Shown: piece after piece, positions 51,272-64,000 of the stretch
Numbering within the stretch: the stretch's first letter is position 1
Layout: each line of letters begins with the position of its first letter
DNA from: Eledone cirrhosa
Lineage: Eukaryota
Direction: 5' to 3'
Assembly (NCBI GenBank): GCA_964016885.1
Contig: OZ024763.1
Location: 17,794,001-17,858,000, forward strand
Length of the DNA: 64,000 nucleotides
Translations under genes and position numbers: made by a program
Notes under the pieces: generated by a model
What the model was told of the DNA's origin: nothing
Databases searched by the model: none
The model's input: only the letters and a program-made list of their open reading frames with translations

Positions 51272-52402
51272 GTGTGTGTGTGTGTGTGTGTGGGCATGTG
51301 TCTGTGTAAGTGTGTGTATGTGATTGTGTGTGTGAGTGTGTGTATGTGATTGTGTGTGTGGGCATGTGTCTATGTAAGCGTGTGTGTGTGAGTGTGTGTG
51401 AGTGAGTGTGTGTGTGGGCATGTGTCTGTGTAAGCGTGTGTGTGTGAGTGTGTGTATGTGATTGTGTGTGTGGGCATGTGTCTGTGTGAGCGTGTGTATG
51501 TGATTGTGTGTGTGAGCGTTTGTATGTGATTGTGTGTGTGTGTGATTGTATGTGTGAGTGTGTGTATGTGATTGTGTGTGTGAGCGTTTGTATGTGATTG
51601 TGTGTGTGGGCATGTGTATGTGTTAATATGTATGTATACATGTGTGTTTGTCTTTGTGCATGTGGGCATGTGTGTGTACATCCCTGTGAGTGTGTTTGTG
51701 GTCGTGTGTGTGTGTATACATGTGTCTATGTGATTGTGTTTGTGTGTGGTCATGTGTGTATCTGTGTGTGTCTGTGTCTGTCTGTGTGTGAGTGTGTGTA
51801 TCTGTGTGTGTGTGTGTCTGTCTGTCTGTCTGTGTGTGTACTTATCTGTGTATGTGTGTGTATCTCTGTGTGTGTGTATCTGTGTGTGTGTCTGTCTGTG
51901 TGTGAGTGTGTGTATGTGTGTGTGTGTGTCTGTCTGTCTGTCTGTCTGTGTGTATGTGTGTGTATCTGTGTGTGTGTCTGTGTCAGTCTGTCTGTGTGAG
52001 TGTGTGTGTGTGTGTCAGTCTGTCTGTGTGAGTGTGTGTGTGTGTCTGTCTGTGTGTGTGAGTGTGTGTGTGTCTGTGTCAGTCTGTCTGTGTGAGTGTG
52101 TGTGTCTGTGTCAGTCTGTCTGTGTGTGTGTGTGTATCCTGTATTGATTAGGTTTCCTTCTGGAATGGTGCAGTATTAGAGATTATGAGACACGACCCCC
52201 TCTCTCTCCTCTCTCTCTCTTCCTCTCCCCTCTCTCTCTTCCTCTCCCCTCTCTCTCTTCCTCTCCCCTCTTTCTCTCATCTCTATCTCTTCCCCCCCCC
52301 TCTCTCTCCTCCATCTCCACCTCCTACAACTGGAGAACTAGATTATTTAATGAGGCGGCATATCTCTTGTTCATACATATATATGTATGTATGTATATTT
52401 AC

Positions 52403-52440
<38 letters not shown>

Positions 52441-52446
52441 ATTTAC

Positions 52447-52482
<36 letters not shown>

Positions 52483-52488
52483 ATTTAC

Positions 52489-52520
<32 letters not shown>

Positions 52521-52526
52521 ATTTAC

Positions 52527-52558
<32 letters not shown>

Positions 52559-52561
52559 ATT

Positions 52562-52608
<47 letters not shown>

Positions 52609-52611
52609 ATT

Positions 52612-52658
<47 letters not shown>

Positions 52659-52659
52659 T

Positions 52660-52712
<53 letters not shown>

Positions 52713-52788
52713 ATTTACTACATATACAGTTATATATATGGGTAAATATGTATATATATATAACTGTATATGTAGTAAATATACATAC

Positions 52789-52823
<35 letters not shown>

Positions 52824-53055
52824 ACTATATATGTAAATATACATACATATATATATATATATATGTAAATATACATACATACATATATATATATAACTAT
52901 ATATGTAAATATACATACATACATATATATATATATATAATTATATATGTAAATATACATACATATATATATATAACTATATATGTAAATATACATACAT
53001 ACATATATATGATTATAAATTATACATATATATATATATAATTATATATGTAAAT

Positions 53056-53110
<55 letters not shown>

Positions 53111-53396
53111 TATAATTAAATATATATATATAAACATATTAGTTTTGCGAGGTTTTTTATATGAAATCGTGTGTCGAAACAGATATTGTTATACATATAT
53201 ATATAATTATAAATGTAAATATATATATTTATGTATATTTTACTCTTTTACTATATATGTATATATTTATATATATGTATATATATATTACATATATATG
53301 TATGTATATATATATATATATGTATATATATATGTATATGTATATATATATATATCTATATATATGTATATATATATATATATTTATATATATGTA

Positions 53397-53445
<49 letters not shown>

Positions 53446-53590
53446 ATATTTATATATATGTATATATATATTTATATATATGTATATATATATTTATATA
53501 TTTATATATATGTATATATATATTTATATATATGTATATATATATTTATATATATGTATATATATATTTATATATATGTGTGTATATATA

Positions 53591-53664
<74 letters not shown>

Positions 53665-54620
53665 TATATACCCACTTCTTTATATAAATATACATTGCTT
53701 TTAGTGGATCTTTTTTGTTTGTGTCGGGTTGAGAACTGATCTGAGCTATTGCTAATGTTTAATTACCATCTTGACTTGTGTACACACACACACCACTCTA
53801 CACACACATACACACACACACACCAATCTATATACACACACACCACTATATACACACACACACCAATCTACACACACATACCACTCTACACACACACACA
53901 CACATACCACTCTACACACACACACACTACATGTACACCACACTCCACACACACTCACTACACACATACACTCCACACACACTCACTACACACATACACT
54001 CCACACATACATGCGACAGACATACTACACTACACATACACCACACTGCACACACTCACACAATAAACGCACACACACCACATTACACATACACACACAC
54101 CACATTACACATACACACACACCACATTACACATACACACACACCACATTACACACTCACACACCACATTACACATACACACCACATTACACATACACAC
54201 ACACACCACATTACACATACATACACACCACATTACACATACACACACACCACATTACACATACACACACACACCACATTACACATACACACACCACATT
54301 ACACACACACTCACACCACATAACACTACACACTAAATACTCACACACATCACACCACACTACACATACTATACTATACACACACACAGCACCCACACTA
54401 TCTTTCTCTCTCTCCTAATTACTGGTGCTTCAATAAAATGCACCCAGTGCACTCACACACACCACACACCACACATACACACACCTCACGCACACCACAC
54501 CACACATTCACACACCACACCACACACCACACACACCACACACACACCACACACACACCACACACACACCACACCACACCACACACATCCACACACCATA
54601 TACACACACACACACACACA
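51272..54620. repeat. Succession of (GT)n, (CT)n, (TA)n, (CA)n compound simple repeats
   Basis: Direct observation; includes a family A stub at ~53140-53194. Confidence 0.85.
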
Positions 54621-54724
54621 TGCTCTCTGTCTCTCTCAATGAAAGACAACCTCCTTAGTACCAATGCTACAATATAATGTACCCCAGTGCCACACATATT
54701 TTCTCTTAATGATAAACAACCCCA

Positions 54725-55145
54725 CTAGTGCTGGTGCCCTGATAAAATGCACCCAGTACACTCTGTAAAGGGGTTAGTGATAGGAAGGGCATCCAATCAT
54801 AGAAAAGTTGCAAAACAAAGGGTAGAGAGGACTCTTCAGATAGGAGAAGGACATGACAGCTTCTTGAGTGGTGGTACCATGATAAAATGCACCCAGTACA
54901 CTCTGTAAAGTGGTTGGTGGTATCTAACCATAGAAAACTTACCAAAGAAAGGGTGGGAAGACTCTTCCGTTGTGTCAAGGACATGACAGCCTCATTGGTG
55001 CAGATGACATGATAATATGCTCCGTGTACACTCTGTAAAGTGGTTAGTGATAGGAAGGGCATGCAGCCAAAAAAGAAAATACCAATCAAAGGGTCGGTGG
55101 GAGCACTCTTCAGCTGTGCTGAGGACATGACATCCTCCCTTGCAT
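54725..55145 (+). repeat. Three diverged tandem units of an RTE-3'UTR/SINE-related domain
   Basis: GATAAAATGCACCCAGTACACTCTGTAAAGTGGTT..AGGAAGGGCAT..GGACATGACA repeated. Confidence 0.6.
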
Positions 55146-56142
55146 TGGTGTCAGGATTGGAAAGTCTTTGTCACTCTGTAGAATACAGGGGGGAATATAT
55201 GTAAGCAAGATGGCTCCCCTGCTGTATATCCATCTTAGAGATCACTAGCTCCAAATACAAGGTTCTAAAAACCTTCGCTAAGTACAAATCACTACCTCCC
55301 GACGGACAACTTTCACTGCACACCAGGTCCAAACACAGAGGGGCCAAACTCCCACTGTCATCGCCTCCATCTCTCTCACCCTTCCCATCTCTCATGTACA
55401 CCAGGTCCCAACACAGAGGAGCCAAACTCCCACTGTCATGGCCTCCATCTCTCTCACCCTCCCCATCTCTCTGTATTATGAGCAAATGGGGTCCCATGTG
55501 TTGGCTGCCCCTCAGCCCCGGGGGATGGTAAGGGAGATGCGTAAGTACTGACTTGGTCTGTGATGATCTGTCACACCCCTCTCCACTTCTTCACGCACAC
55601 CCTCTCTCTTCACGCACACCTCCATTCTTGTCATCTCTCATATATTCCTCCACACCAGTTATACCCAATCTCTCTTACTCTCACTCTACCCCATCATCAT
55701 CAACACTACTGTGACCACAATACCACCACCACCACCACCATCACCACAACTCCACCTCTATTACCACCACTAACACAACGCCACCACAACTACTATGACC
55801 TACTCCCACCACCATCACCACTCTCACCATCACCACCACCACAACTACTATGACCTACTCCCACCACCACCACCACTACAAAGACCTACCTCCACCACCA
55901 CCACCATCACTCCCACCACCATCACCACTACTATAACCTACTCCCACCACCATCACCACTACTATGACCTACTCCCACCACCATCACCACTACTATGACC
56001 TACTCCCACCACCATCACCATCATTTGATCAGTGGAAATATTTCTTTAAAAAAACCTACCTTACTTTGTAGTCTTGTTTGAAGTTTGGTAGGAATTAACA
56101 AACACCTTGTTGATTGTATACCACTATATATATATAGTGGTA

Positions 56143-56329
56143 AGGGCGGTGGATTGGCAGTATCGGTAGAGGGTCAGACACCATGCTTTCCAGCATAGTT
56201 ACGTCCCTTTACGATCTGAGTTCAAATCCCGCCGAGGTTGACTTTGCCTTTCATCCTTACGAGGTCGATAAAATAAAGTACCAGTAATGCACTGGAATAA
56301 TTGATGGCCTTGTGCCAAAAGTAGAAACA
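56143..56329 (+). mobile_element. SINE S2 with 20-bp TSD
   Basis: ACTATATATATATAGTGGTA at 56123-56142 and 56330-56349. Confidence 0.9.
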
Positions 56330-56460
56330 ACTATATATATATAGTGGTATATATATATATATATATATATAGTGGTATATATATACACACATATATGTAT
56401 ATATATATATATAGTGGTATATATATACACACGCACACACACACATATATATATATATAT

Positions 56461-56800
56461 GGAGGCACATGGCTTAGTGGTTAGAGCATTGGGCTTGCAA
56501 TCGAAAGGTTGTGAGTTCAATTCTCAGACCAGGTGATGTGTTGTTTCCTTGAGCAAGACACTTTATTTCACATTGCTCCAGTTTACTCAGCTGTAGAAAT
56601 GAGATGGTAGGGACTGGGGTCCCTATCATTCCACTGCAAAGTGGTCGTGGAGGTGCCACGGCAAAAAAGCATCCAGCACTCACTGTAAATGAGGTTGGTG
56701 TTAAGAAGGGCATCCAGCTGTAGAAATCAAGCCAGAATCAGTTCCTGTCCCACCCTTGCAAGCAGGGAAAAGTGTACGTAAAATGAAATGATGATGATGA

Positions 56801-56803
<3 letters not shown>
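56461..56803 (+). mobile_element. SINE S1
   Basis: Full-length match to 14165-14512. Confidence 0.9.
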
Positions 56804-56836
<33 letters not shown>

Positions 56837-57028
56837 CGGTATATATATACACACGCACATGAACATATATATATATATATATATAGTGGTATATATACAC
56901 ACACACACACACGCTCACACATATATATATATAGTGGTATATATACACACACGCACACATATATATATATATAGTGGTATATATACACACACACACACAC
57001 ACACATTTATATATATGTATAGTTTTAC

Positions 57029-57077
<49 letters not shown>

Positions 57078-57409
57078 ACACTACATATATACCATCATAT
57101 TTTTATGTATATATATATATGCTCTAGTACATATATACATATACACCACTACATGTATACACACACCACTACATACATACACACACCTACATATATATAT
57201 GTGTATATATATTTATATATACACACCATTACACATATATACACATCACAATACATACACCCATATACGTACACAACTATACATACATGCACACACACCT
57301 ACATATATATATATATATATATATACACCATTACACATACATACACTCATATACATACAACTACATACACACACACTCAACTACATAGATATGCACACAC
57401 CAATATACA

Positions 57410-57446
57410 TACATACACACACACAATTATACATACACACAGACTC

Positions 57447-57487
<41 letters not shown>

Positions 57488-58335
57488 TATACATACACAC
57501 AGACTCACATACATACACACACACAATTATACATACACACAGACTCACATACATACACACACACACACAATTATACATACACACAGACTCACATACATAC
57601 ACACACACACACAATTATACATACACACAGACTCACATACATACACACACACACACGCAATTATACATACACACACTCACATACATATACACACACACAC
57701 ACACACACAATTATACATACACACACTCACATACATACACACACACACAATTATACATACACACAGACTCACATACATACACACACACACACAATTATAC
57801 ATACACAGACTCACATACACACACACACACAATTATACATACACACAGACTCACATACATACACACACACACACAATTATACATACACACACTCACATAC
57901 ATACACACACACACACAATTATACATACACAGACTCACATACACACACACACACAATTATACATACACACAGACTCACATACATACACACACACACACAA
58001 TTATACATACACAGACTCACATACACACACACACACAATTATACATACACACAGACTCACATACATACACACACACACACAATTATACATACACACACTC
58101 ACATACATACACACACACACACAATTATACATACACAGACTCACATACACACACACACACAATTATACATACACACAGACTCACATACATACACACACAC
58201 ACACAATTATACATACACACACTCACATATTCATACCGAGTATTAGAGATTATTGACCCGACCACGTACATACACACACACACACACACACACAATTATA
58301 CATACACACAGACTCACATACATACACACACACAC
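57410..58335. repeat. CA-rich minisatellite (ACAATTATACATACACACAGACTCACATAC + (CA)n)
   Basis: Direct observation. Confidence 0.9.
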
Positions 58336-59094
58336 AGCTATACACAAACACACACACACCTTTACATCTAGATATATCTAATATTATTATTATTATTGGT
58401 AGTAACCATTGAAGCGGTAGAGCACCAGACATGAGGGCTGCTGAGATGAGGGACTGAACTGAGGCCAATTAACACTTCACCTAGCAACCAATTGCTAGAG
58501 AAATATGACAAAGATATAAAGCTCAATTATCATCAACCTCCCTACCTATCTGTCTATCTATCTGCCTCTCTCCCCATCTTTCTGTCTATCTGTCTGTCTG
58601 TATGTCTCTCTGTCTCTCTGTCTGTATGTCTGTCTGTCTATCTATCTGCCTCTCTCCCCATCTATCTGTCTGTCTGTATGTCTGTATGTCTCTCTGTCTC
58701 TCTGTCTGTATGTCTGTCTGTCTATCTATCTGCCTCTCTCCCCATCTATCTGTCTGTCTGTCTGTATGTCTGTATGTCTCTCTGTCTCTCTGTCTGTATG
58801 TCTGTCTGTATGTCTGTATGTCTCTCTGTCTATCTGTCTGTATGCCTCTCTCCCCATCTTTCTGTCTATCTGTCTGTCTGTCTATCTATCTGCCTCTCTC
58901 CCCATCTATCTGTCTGTCTCTCTGTCTGTCTGTGTGTCTCTCTGTCTCTCTGTCTGTATGTCTGTCTGTCTGTCTATCTTTCTCTCTCTCTTATTTATTA
59001 ATGTTAAAGTTATATGATTTTTATGTAAAAAGCCCTGCTGTCATTTCTTGTAATGTCCCATTTTTGTAGTCTATCTATCTATCTATCTATCTTT

Positions 59095-59706
59095 CATACA
59101 CTGCCCGGGCGTCACTGACCTGTGGGGCTATGTAGAACGACTATTGTCGCGGGTGGGACCAATCCGGTTGACCACCGAGTCCATTGTCATGATCAAACCG
59201 CCACCCTCCTTCAAAAACGAAGGAGAGGCGGTTTTCCTTTGTGTGATAGCTATGGCGAAAGAGGTTGTATGGTGGACAAGGTTGAAAGGGCTGAGGTCAG
59301 ACACCTTTCTCTCCGGCCAACAACTGATTCTTTGTTTCAAATACCACTTTGGAAGAAGAATCAGGATGGAGAGAGAGGTGCTGTACCCCAGCAAGTTTTA
59401 TGAAAGGTGGGTGAAAGTGGCGAGAATGGCCCGAGTGAATGGGCCTTCTCTCTATATCAGCCTGTAGGTTGAGGAAAAAGAGGAGGAGAGGAAAGGAGTA
59501 CAAGCTCTTCGTACTCCTGGAGATGAGGGTTGCACATTTTTTTTCGGGGGTATGTGTTGCCCATATAAACTGTCTCCCTCTATTGGGGAAAATCGACTAA
59601 CTTTTTAAATTGCATTTGTGATAACATTTTACACGTTTTTATTGTATGTAAACTTCCCCCTTTGTATTTGTCCCCTTCTTTTGTGCCCCTGTGGCTAATA
59701 AAGAAA
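59095..59706 (+). mobile_element. Tx1/L1-clade LINE 3' fragment in (TCTA)n
   Basis: IHCP..LW..AKEVVWWTR..FYERW C-terminus resembling Tx1 ORF2; 3'UTR ends GGCTAATAAAGAAAT followed by (ATCT)n. Confidence 0.7.
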
Positions 59707-59736
59707 TATATCTATCTATCTATCTATCTATCTATC

Positions 59737-60075
59737 AGAGTGGAGAGAGAGAGGCACTGCACCCCAGTAAATTTACTGAAAGGTGGGTGTATGTGGCAAA
59801 AATGGCCCGAGTGATTGGGCCTTCTCTGTATATAAGCCTGTAGGTTGAAGAAGAGAGCAAAAGGAAGAAAGGAGCACTTGCACAACACGCTCCTGAAGTT
59901 GAGGGTTGTTCTATCGACGGGGTATTAAACAACCCATTTGTGGGGCCTCCCCCCTATTGGGGATTTCGATTGTTATTATTGTTTGTTTCATATTTTTACA
60001 CGACTGTATGTAAAATCCCCGACATGTCTTTGTATTGTCCCCTTTTCTTGTGCGCCCTTGTGGCTAATAAAGAAA
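59737..60075 (+). mobile_element. Second, diverged Tx1/L1-clade 3' fragment in (TCTA)n
   Basis: Homologous to 59365-59706 with the same 3' end. Confidence 0.7.
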
Positions 60076-60192
60076 TATATCTATCTGTCTATCTATCTGT
60101 CTGTCTATCTACTATCTATCTAGCTATCTCTCTGTCTTTTTGTTTGTCTGTCTGTTTATCTGTCTGTCTGCCTGTCTCTATCCATCTATCTA

Positions 60193-60555
60193 TCATCATC
60201 ATCATCATATTACGTCCACTTTTCCCTGCTTGCAAAGGTGGGACAGGTCCTATTCAGCACAGCATCTCTCCACTTGTCACGGTCCTTCGTCATCTCCTCC
60301 GTGAGCTTCAGCGATCTGAGGTCTGCTCGCACCACCTCACCACCATGTTTTTCATGTTCTTCTTCGACTATGTCTTCCTTCTACTGGGATTTCTTGGCAC
60401 TTCTTTACCCAGCGGTCATCCTCCATGCACATCACATATCCATACCATCTCAGTCTTCTCTCCTGCACACTACAGCCTATCCTTCTTATACACAGTTTCT
60501 CTCTCAACTCATCTATACTTGGTCGTTCACGCACATTGACCATTGACATTGCACA
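60193..60555 (-). mobile_element. RTE family B 3' fragment (diverged)
   Basis: [23 protein letters not shown]; (CAT)n tail. Confidence 0.85.
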
Positions 60556-60601
60556 TCTATGTATCTATCTATCAGTCTATCTATCTATCTATCTACACAC
60601 T

Positions 60602-60634
<33 letters not shown>

Positions 60635-60740
60635 TACACATAAATGACTTTGTAGCTTTAGTAGAATCTTTGAGGAAACCACATTGAGTTGTAACAATTT
60701 TATTGGTCCACCATAAACAGATGGATACCAGTACATATAC

Positions 60741-60771
<31 letters not shown>

Positions 60772-60796
60772 CATATATATATACATATATATGTAT

Positions 60797-61410
60797 ATAG
60801 CTTCCGGTACCTAGGAGATCAGATTAGCATGGGAGGAGGGTGTTCCGAGGCCATAGTATCTAGAATAAGGACGGGTTGGAAGAAGTTTAGGGAGCTGCTT
60901 CCTCTGTTGACGAAGAAGGGTTTCTCCCTGCGTACGAAAGGCCGGTTGTATGATGCCTGTGTGAGGAGCGCGATGCTGCATGGTAGTGAGACATGGGCAG
61001 CAACTGCAGAGGATATGCGACGGCTGGAGAGAAATGAGGCAAGCATGCTCCGTTGGATGTGCAATGTCAATGTGCGTGAACGACCCAGCATGGATGTGTT
61101 GAGAGAGAAACTGTGTCTGAGAGGGATAGAATGTAGTGTACTGGAGAGGAGACTGAGGTGGTATGGACATGTGATGCGCATGGAAGATGACCGATGGGTG
61201 AAGAAGTGCCAGGAAATGCCAGTTGAAGGAAGACGTGGTAGAGGTAGACCACAAAAAACATGGGCGGAGGTGGTGAGAACAGACCTCAGATCATTGAAGC
61301 TCACGGTGGAGATGACGAGGGACCGTGACGAGTGGAGAGATGCTGTGCTGAATAAGACCCGTCCCACCCTTGCAAGCAGGGAAAAGCGGACGTAAAATGA
61401 TGATGATGAT
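60797..61410 (+). mobile_element. 5'-truncated RTE LINE (family B)
   Basis: Near-identical to 5405-6028. Confidence 0.95.
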
Positions 61411-61543
61411 ATACATGAATGTACATATATTTAAAAACATTTTGAAGGTCTTTCACTATGAATTTAAAGTGGTGACTTTAGTCACATACCTAGCTTCAGC
61501 AAAAACAAAGGGAAATAACCGACGCGTTTCTCGCTGTTTAGCC

Positions 61544-61603
<60 letters not shown>

Positions 61604-62363
61604 TGCATGCATGCATGCATATAAATATAGTTTATATTAAATTTCACACATTTAACATATATGTGTGACCTTAGGTCTCAGAGTCCAATTATGGCCTCCA
61701 CTGTATAGTCGAGGTGCTGTTCTAAAATTGGTTTCTATCATCAGACAAAAAGACAAAAATTGAAAGAAAAACCATTACTTTACGAAAAATGGTCATAATT
61801 CATGGAGAGTTCCACCCCAAAGACCAGAGATTACAATAAATGATCATAAAACAATCGTAAAACAGTGAACTGATTAAGCACTAAAGTGTGCCATTTTTAT
61901 TTTCAGTGTTCAACACATATATATATATATGTGTGTGTGTGTATATATATATATATATAATATTATATATAGATATATAGATATATATATAGATAGATAT
62001 ATATGTGTGTGTGTGTGTGTATATATATATATAATATTATATATAGATAGATATATATGTGTGTGTGTGTATATATATATATATATAATATTATATATAG
62101 ATAGATATATATGTGTGTGTGTGTGTATATATATATAATATTATATATAGATAGATATATATGTGTGTGTGTGTGTGTGTATCTGTGTTTATGTATATTT
62201 ATATACATATATATATACGTATATTTATACATATATGTATATGTATCTATGAATATATATATGCAAGCAGGGAAAAGTGGACGTAAAATGAAAAATGAAA
62301 AATGTATATATATACGTATATATATCATCATCATCATCATCATCGTTTAATGTCCATCTTCTA

Positions 62364-62402
<39 letters not shown>

Positions 62403-62557
62403 CATACATACATACATATGAAACTGTAGCTCATTAGAATACACAACGAAATGGAATATTGACTACAAAAATAAAATCACTCATCACCTGATCTTGTTGA
62501 ATTAATTACTTCCATACTAACAGTGTCATTAGCCCTACCAAAGATAGGTAGATACCA

Positions 62558-62621
<64 letters not shown>

Positions 62622-62654
62622 CCTACCTATTTATATATATACACCCTAGCTATA

Positions 62655-62694
<40 letters not shown>

Positions 62695-62728
62695 TATAAG
62701 ATCAAAAGATGGTTAAAAGAGTTCCAAG

Positions 62729-62799
62729 TATTTTATTATGCGCATTTCAAAAACAAATATCATCATGGGATGATATCTGCGTTTTCATCAGATAAAATA
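62729..62799 (-). ncRNA. Type I hammerhead ribozyme (mirror of 62998-63068)
   Basis: Exact reverse complement of the plus-strand motif. Confidence 0.8.
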
Positions 62800-62997
62800 G
62801 GGATACATGATATGAAGCTTAAAAAACACTTGTGAATAGTGAAGTTTTAAATCAACATAAGAAAAATAATTTAAGATTGATGTATGATATTGGGAAAAAG
62901 TGAGGGGGGGGGGGGTAAGGAAGAGGAGGAGATGAGAGTAAAGAATGGTGGGGGAGGAGTATAACAAGTGTTTTTTAAGCTTCATATCATGTATCCC

Positions 62998-63068
62998 TAT
63001 TTTATCTGATGAAAACGCAGATATCATCCCATGATGATATTTGTTTTTGAAATGCGCATAATAAAATA
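62998..63068 (+). ncRNA. Type I hammerhead ribozyme
   Basis: Stem I UAUUUUAU/AUAAAAUA; CUGAUGA; stem II GCAGAUAUCAUC(CCAU)GAUGAUAUUUGU; GAAA; palindromic stem III AUGCGCAU; predicted cut after A63060. Confidence 0.8.
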
Positions 63069-63216
63069 CTTGGAACTCTTTTAACCATCTTTTGATCTTA
63101 TATATTATTTATATTCCAGTCCTACAAACTGTAGAGTGCTTCTTATCCGATATCTGCATTGCTTTATTGTGCTACAATAAAACTCACCTCCTACATATAT
63201 ATATATATATATATAT

Positions 63217-63660
63217 TTAGAAACACACAGATATATGCGGACACACATATATATACATGAATGCATCCGCACCCAACTGTGAGTTAAGGGTGCCAACTTC
63301 ACCGATGTTGCTCAATGAATGACTGGGACAGACCAATTCAGTTTGAACCAGACTGAACCAGTATCAGAGTTAAAAATACATTATGAAGAGAGAAGAAACA
63401 TTTAGATATAATTAGTAATAAAATGTATCATACCTAAACTGTTCCTAAATTCCTCGACTACGTAGTTTCGTGGCATAAACAAAAACAATATATCAAAGAT
63501 ATAGAGTCCTTGCGAGGTCTGCCGACTTATCAAGAGGATACCTCATTTTACTAGTCTCAAGAACGCGTCTACACGACGTGAGAAAGAATCCCAAAAGGCA
63601 GAGGGGGAGATAGTCACGCGATATAACGGTCGAGAAACAGAGCTAAGCCTCTTATAACCA
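63217..63660. repeat. Longer copy of the dispersed repeat at 13490-13795
   Basis: Direct match over ~300 bp; the extent beyond that is inferred from the next (TA)n tract. Confidence 0.75.
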
Positions 63661-64000
63661 CATATATATATATGTACGTATATATAAATCAAAATGGCGA
63701 GGTGTGTTGTTGCAATTAAGTATAATGAGAAATTAGAAATTAGGATTATCCATCATCAGTTGTCTACCACATGCATCATGGGTATTTCTTTGCGTTAGAG
63801 ACAAGATACCTCTGCCTAGGGCGAAACAATAACTAAAGTAAGTTATTGGGATAAAAAGAAGTGGGTGGAGAAAGAGAAGGGCATGTAAACAGACTCGAAT
63901 GGTGAGGCAACGGAAAGAGAGAAAAAAAGGAAAAATATCAAGTCAATAATTCATTTCGAACATAAGAACAGACGAATTTTGACGAGGAGAAAAAGACACA

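Larger units (their letters stand above)
62694..63103. repeat. Inverted repeat with 140-bp apparently perfect arms and a 130-bp spacer
   Basis: 62694-62833 is the reverse complement of 62964-63103. Confidence 0.95.

Noticed and set aside
55171-55560. Unique-looking GC-richer segment with an ~80-bp duplication and a 108-aa minus ORF
   Set aside because: All plus frames after the candidate acceptor close quickly; no recognisable motif on minus.

Overview
Eukaryotic, AT-rich, microsatellite-saturated DNA, almost all intron or intergenic. The repeat types resemble an octopus/coleoid cephalopod genome (inference only). Most ORF-track entries are (TA)n/(CA)n/(GT)n artefacts. Supported content: (i) one apparently intact RTE-clade LINE (1039-aa APE+RT ORF, 34218-37337 minus) and many 5'-truncated copies of about four RTE families; (ii) two tRNA-derived SINE families; (iii) a Penelope-type GIY-YIG endonuclease fragment; (iv) Tx1/L1-type 3' fragments in (TCTA)n; (v) piggyBac-, mariner- and hAT-like MITEs, three of which contain large internal satellite arrays; (vi) two well-bounded candidate host exons on opposite strands (24664-24855 +, 50537-50763 -). 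The most notable signal is a set of short non-coding fold-back elements in or next to (TA)n tracts that carry type I hammerhead ribozyme motifs (CUGANGA-stem II-GAAA-palindromic stem III-UH). Several are arranged as head-to-head palindromes with one outward-facing ribozyme per strand (10504-10672, 30785-31014, 62694-63103), and stems covary between copies. All calls are by eye; boundaries are approximate unless a TSD or splice site fixes them.
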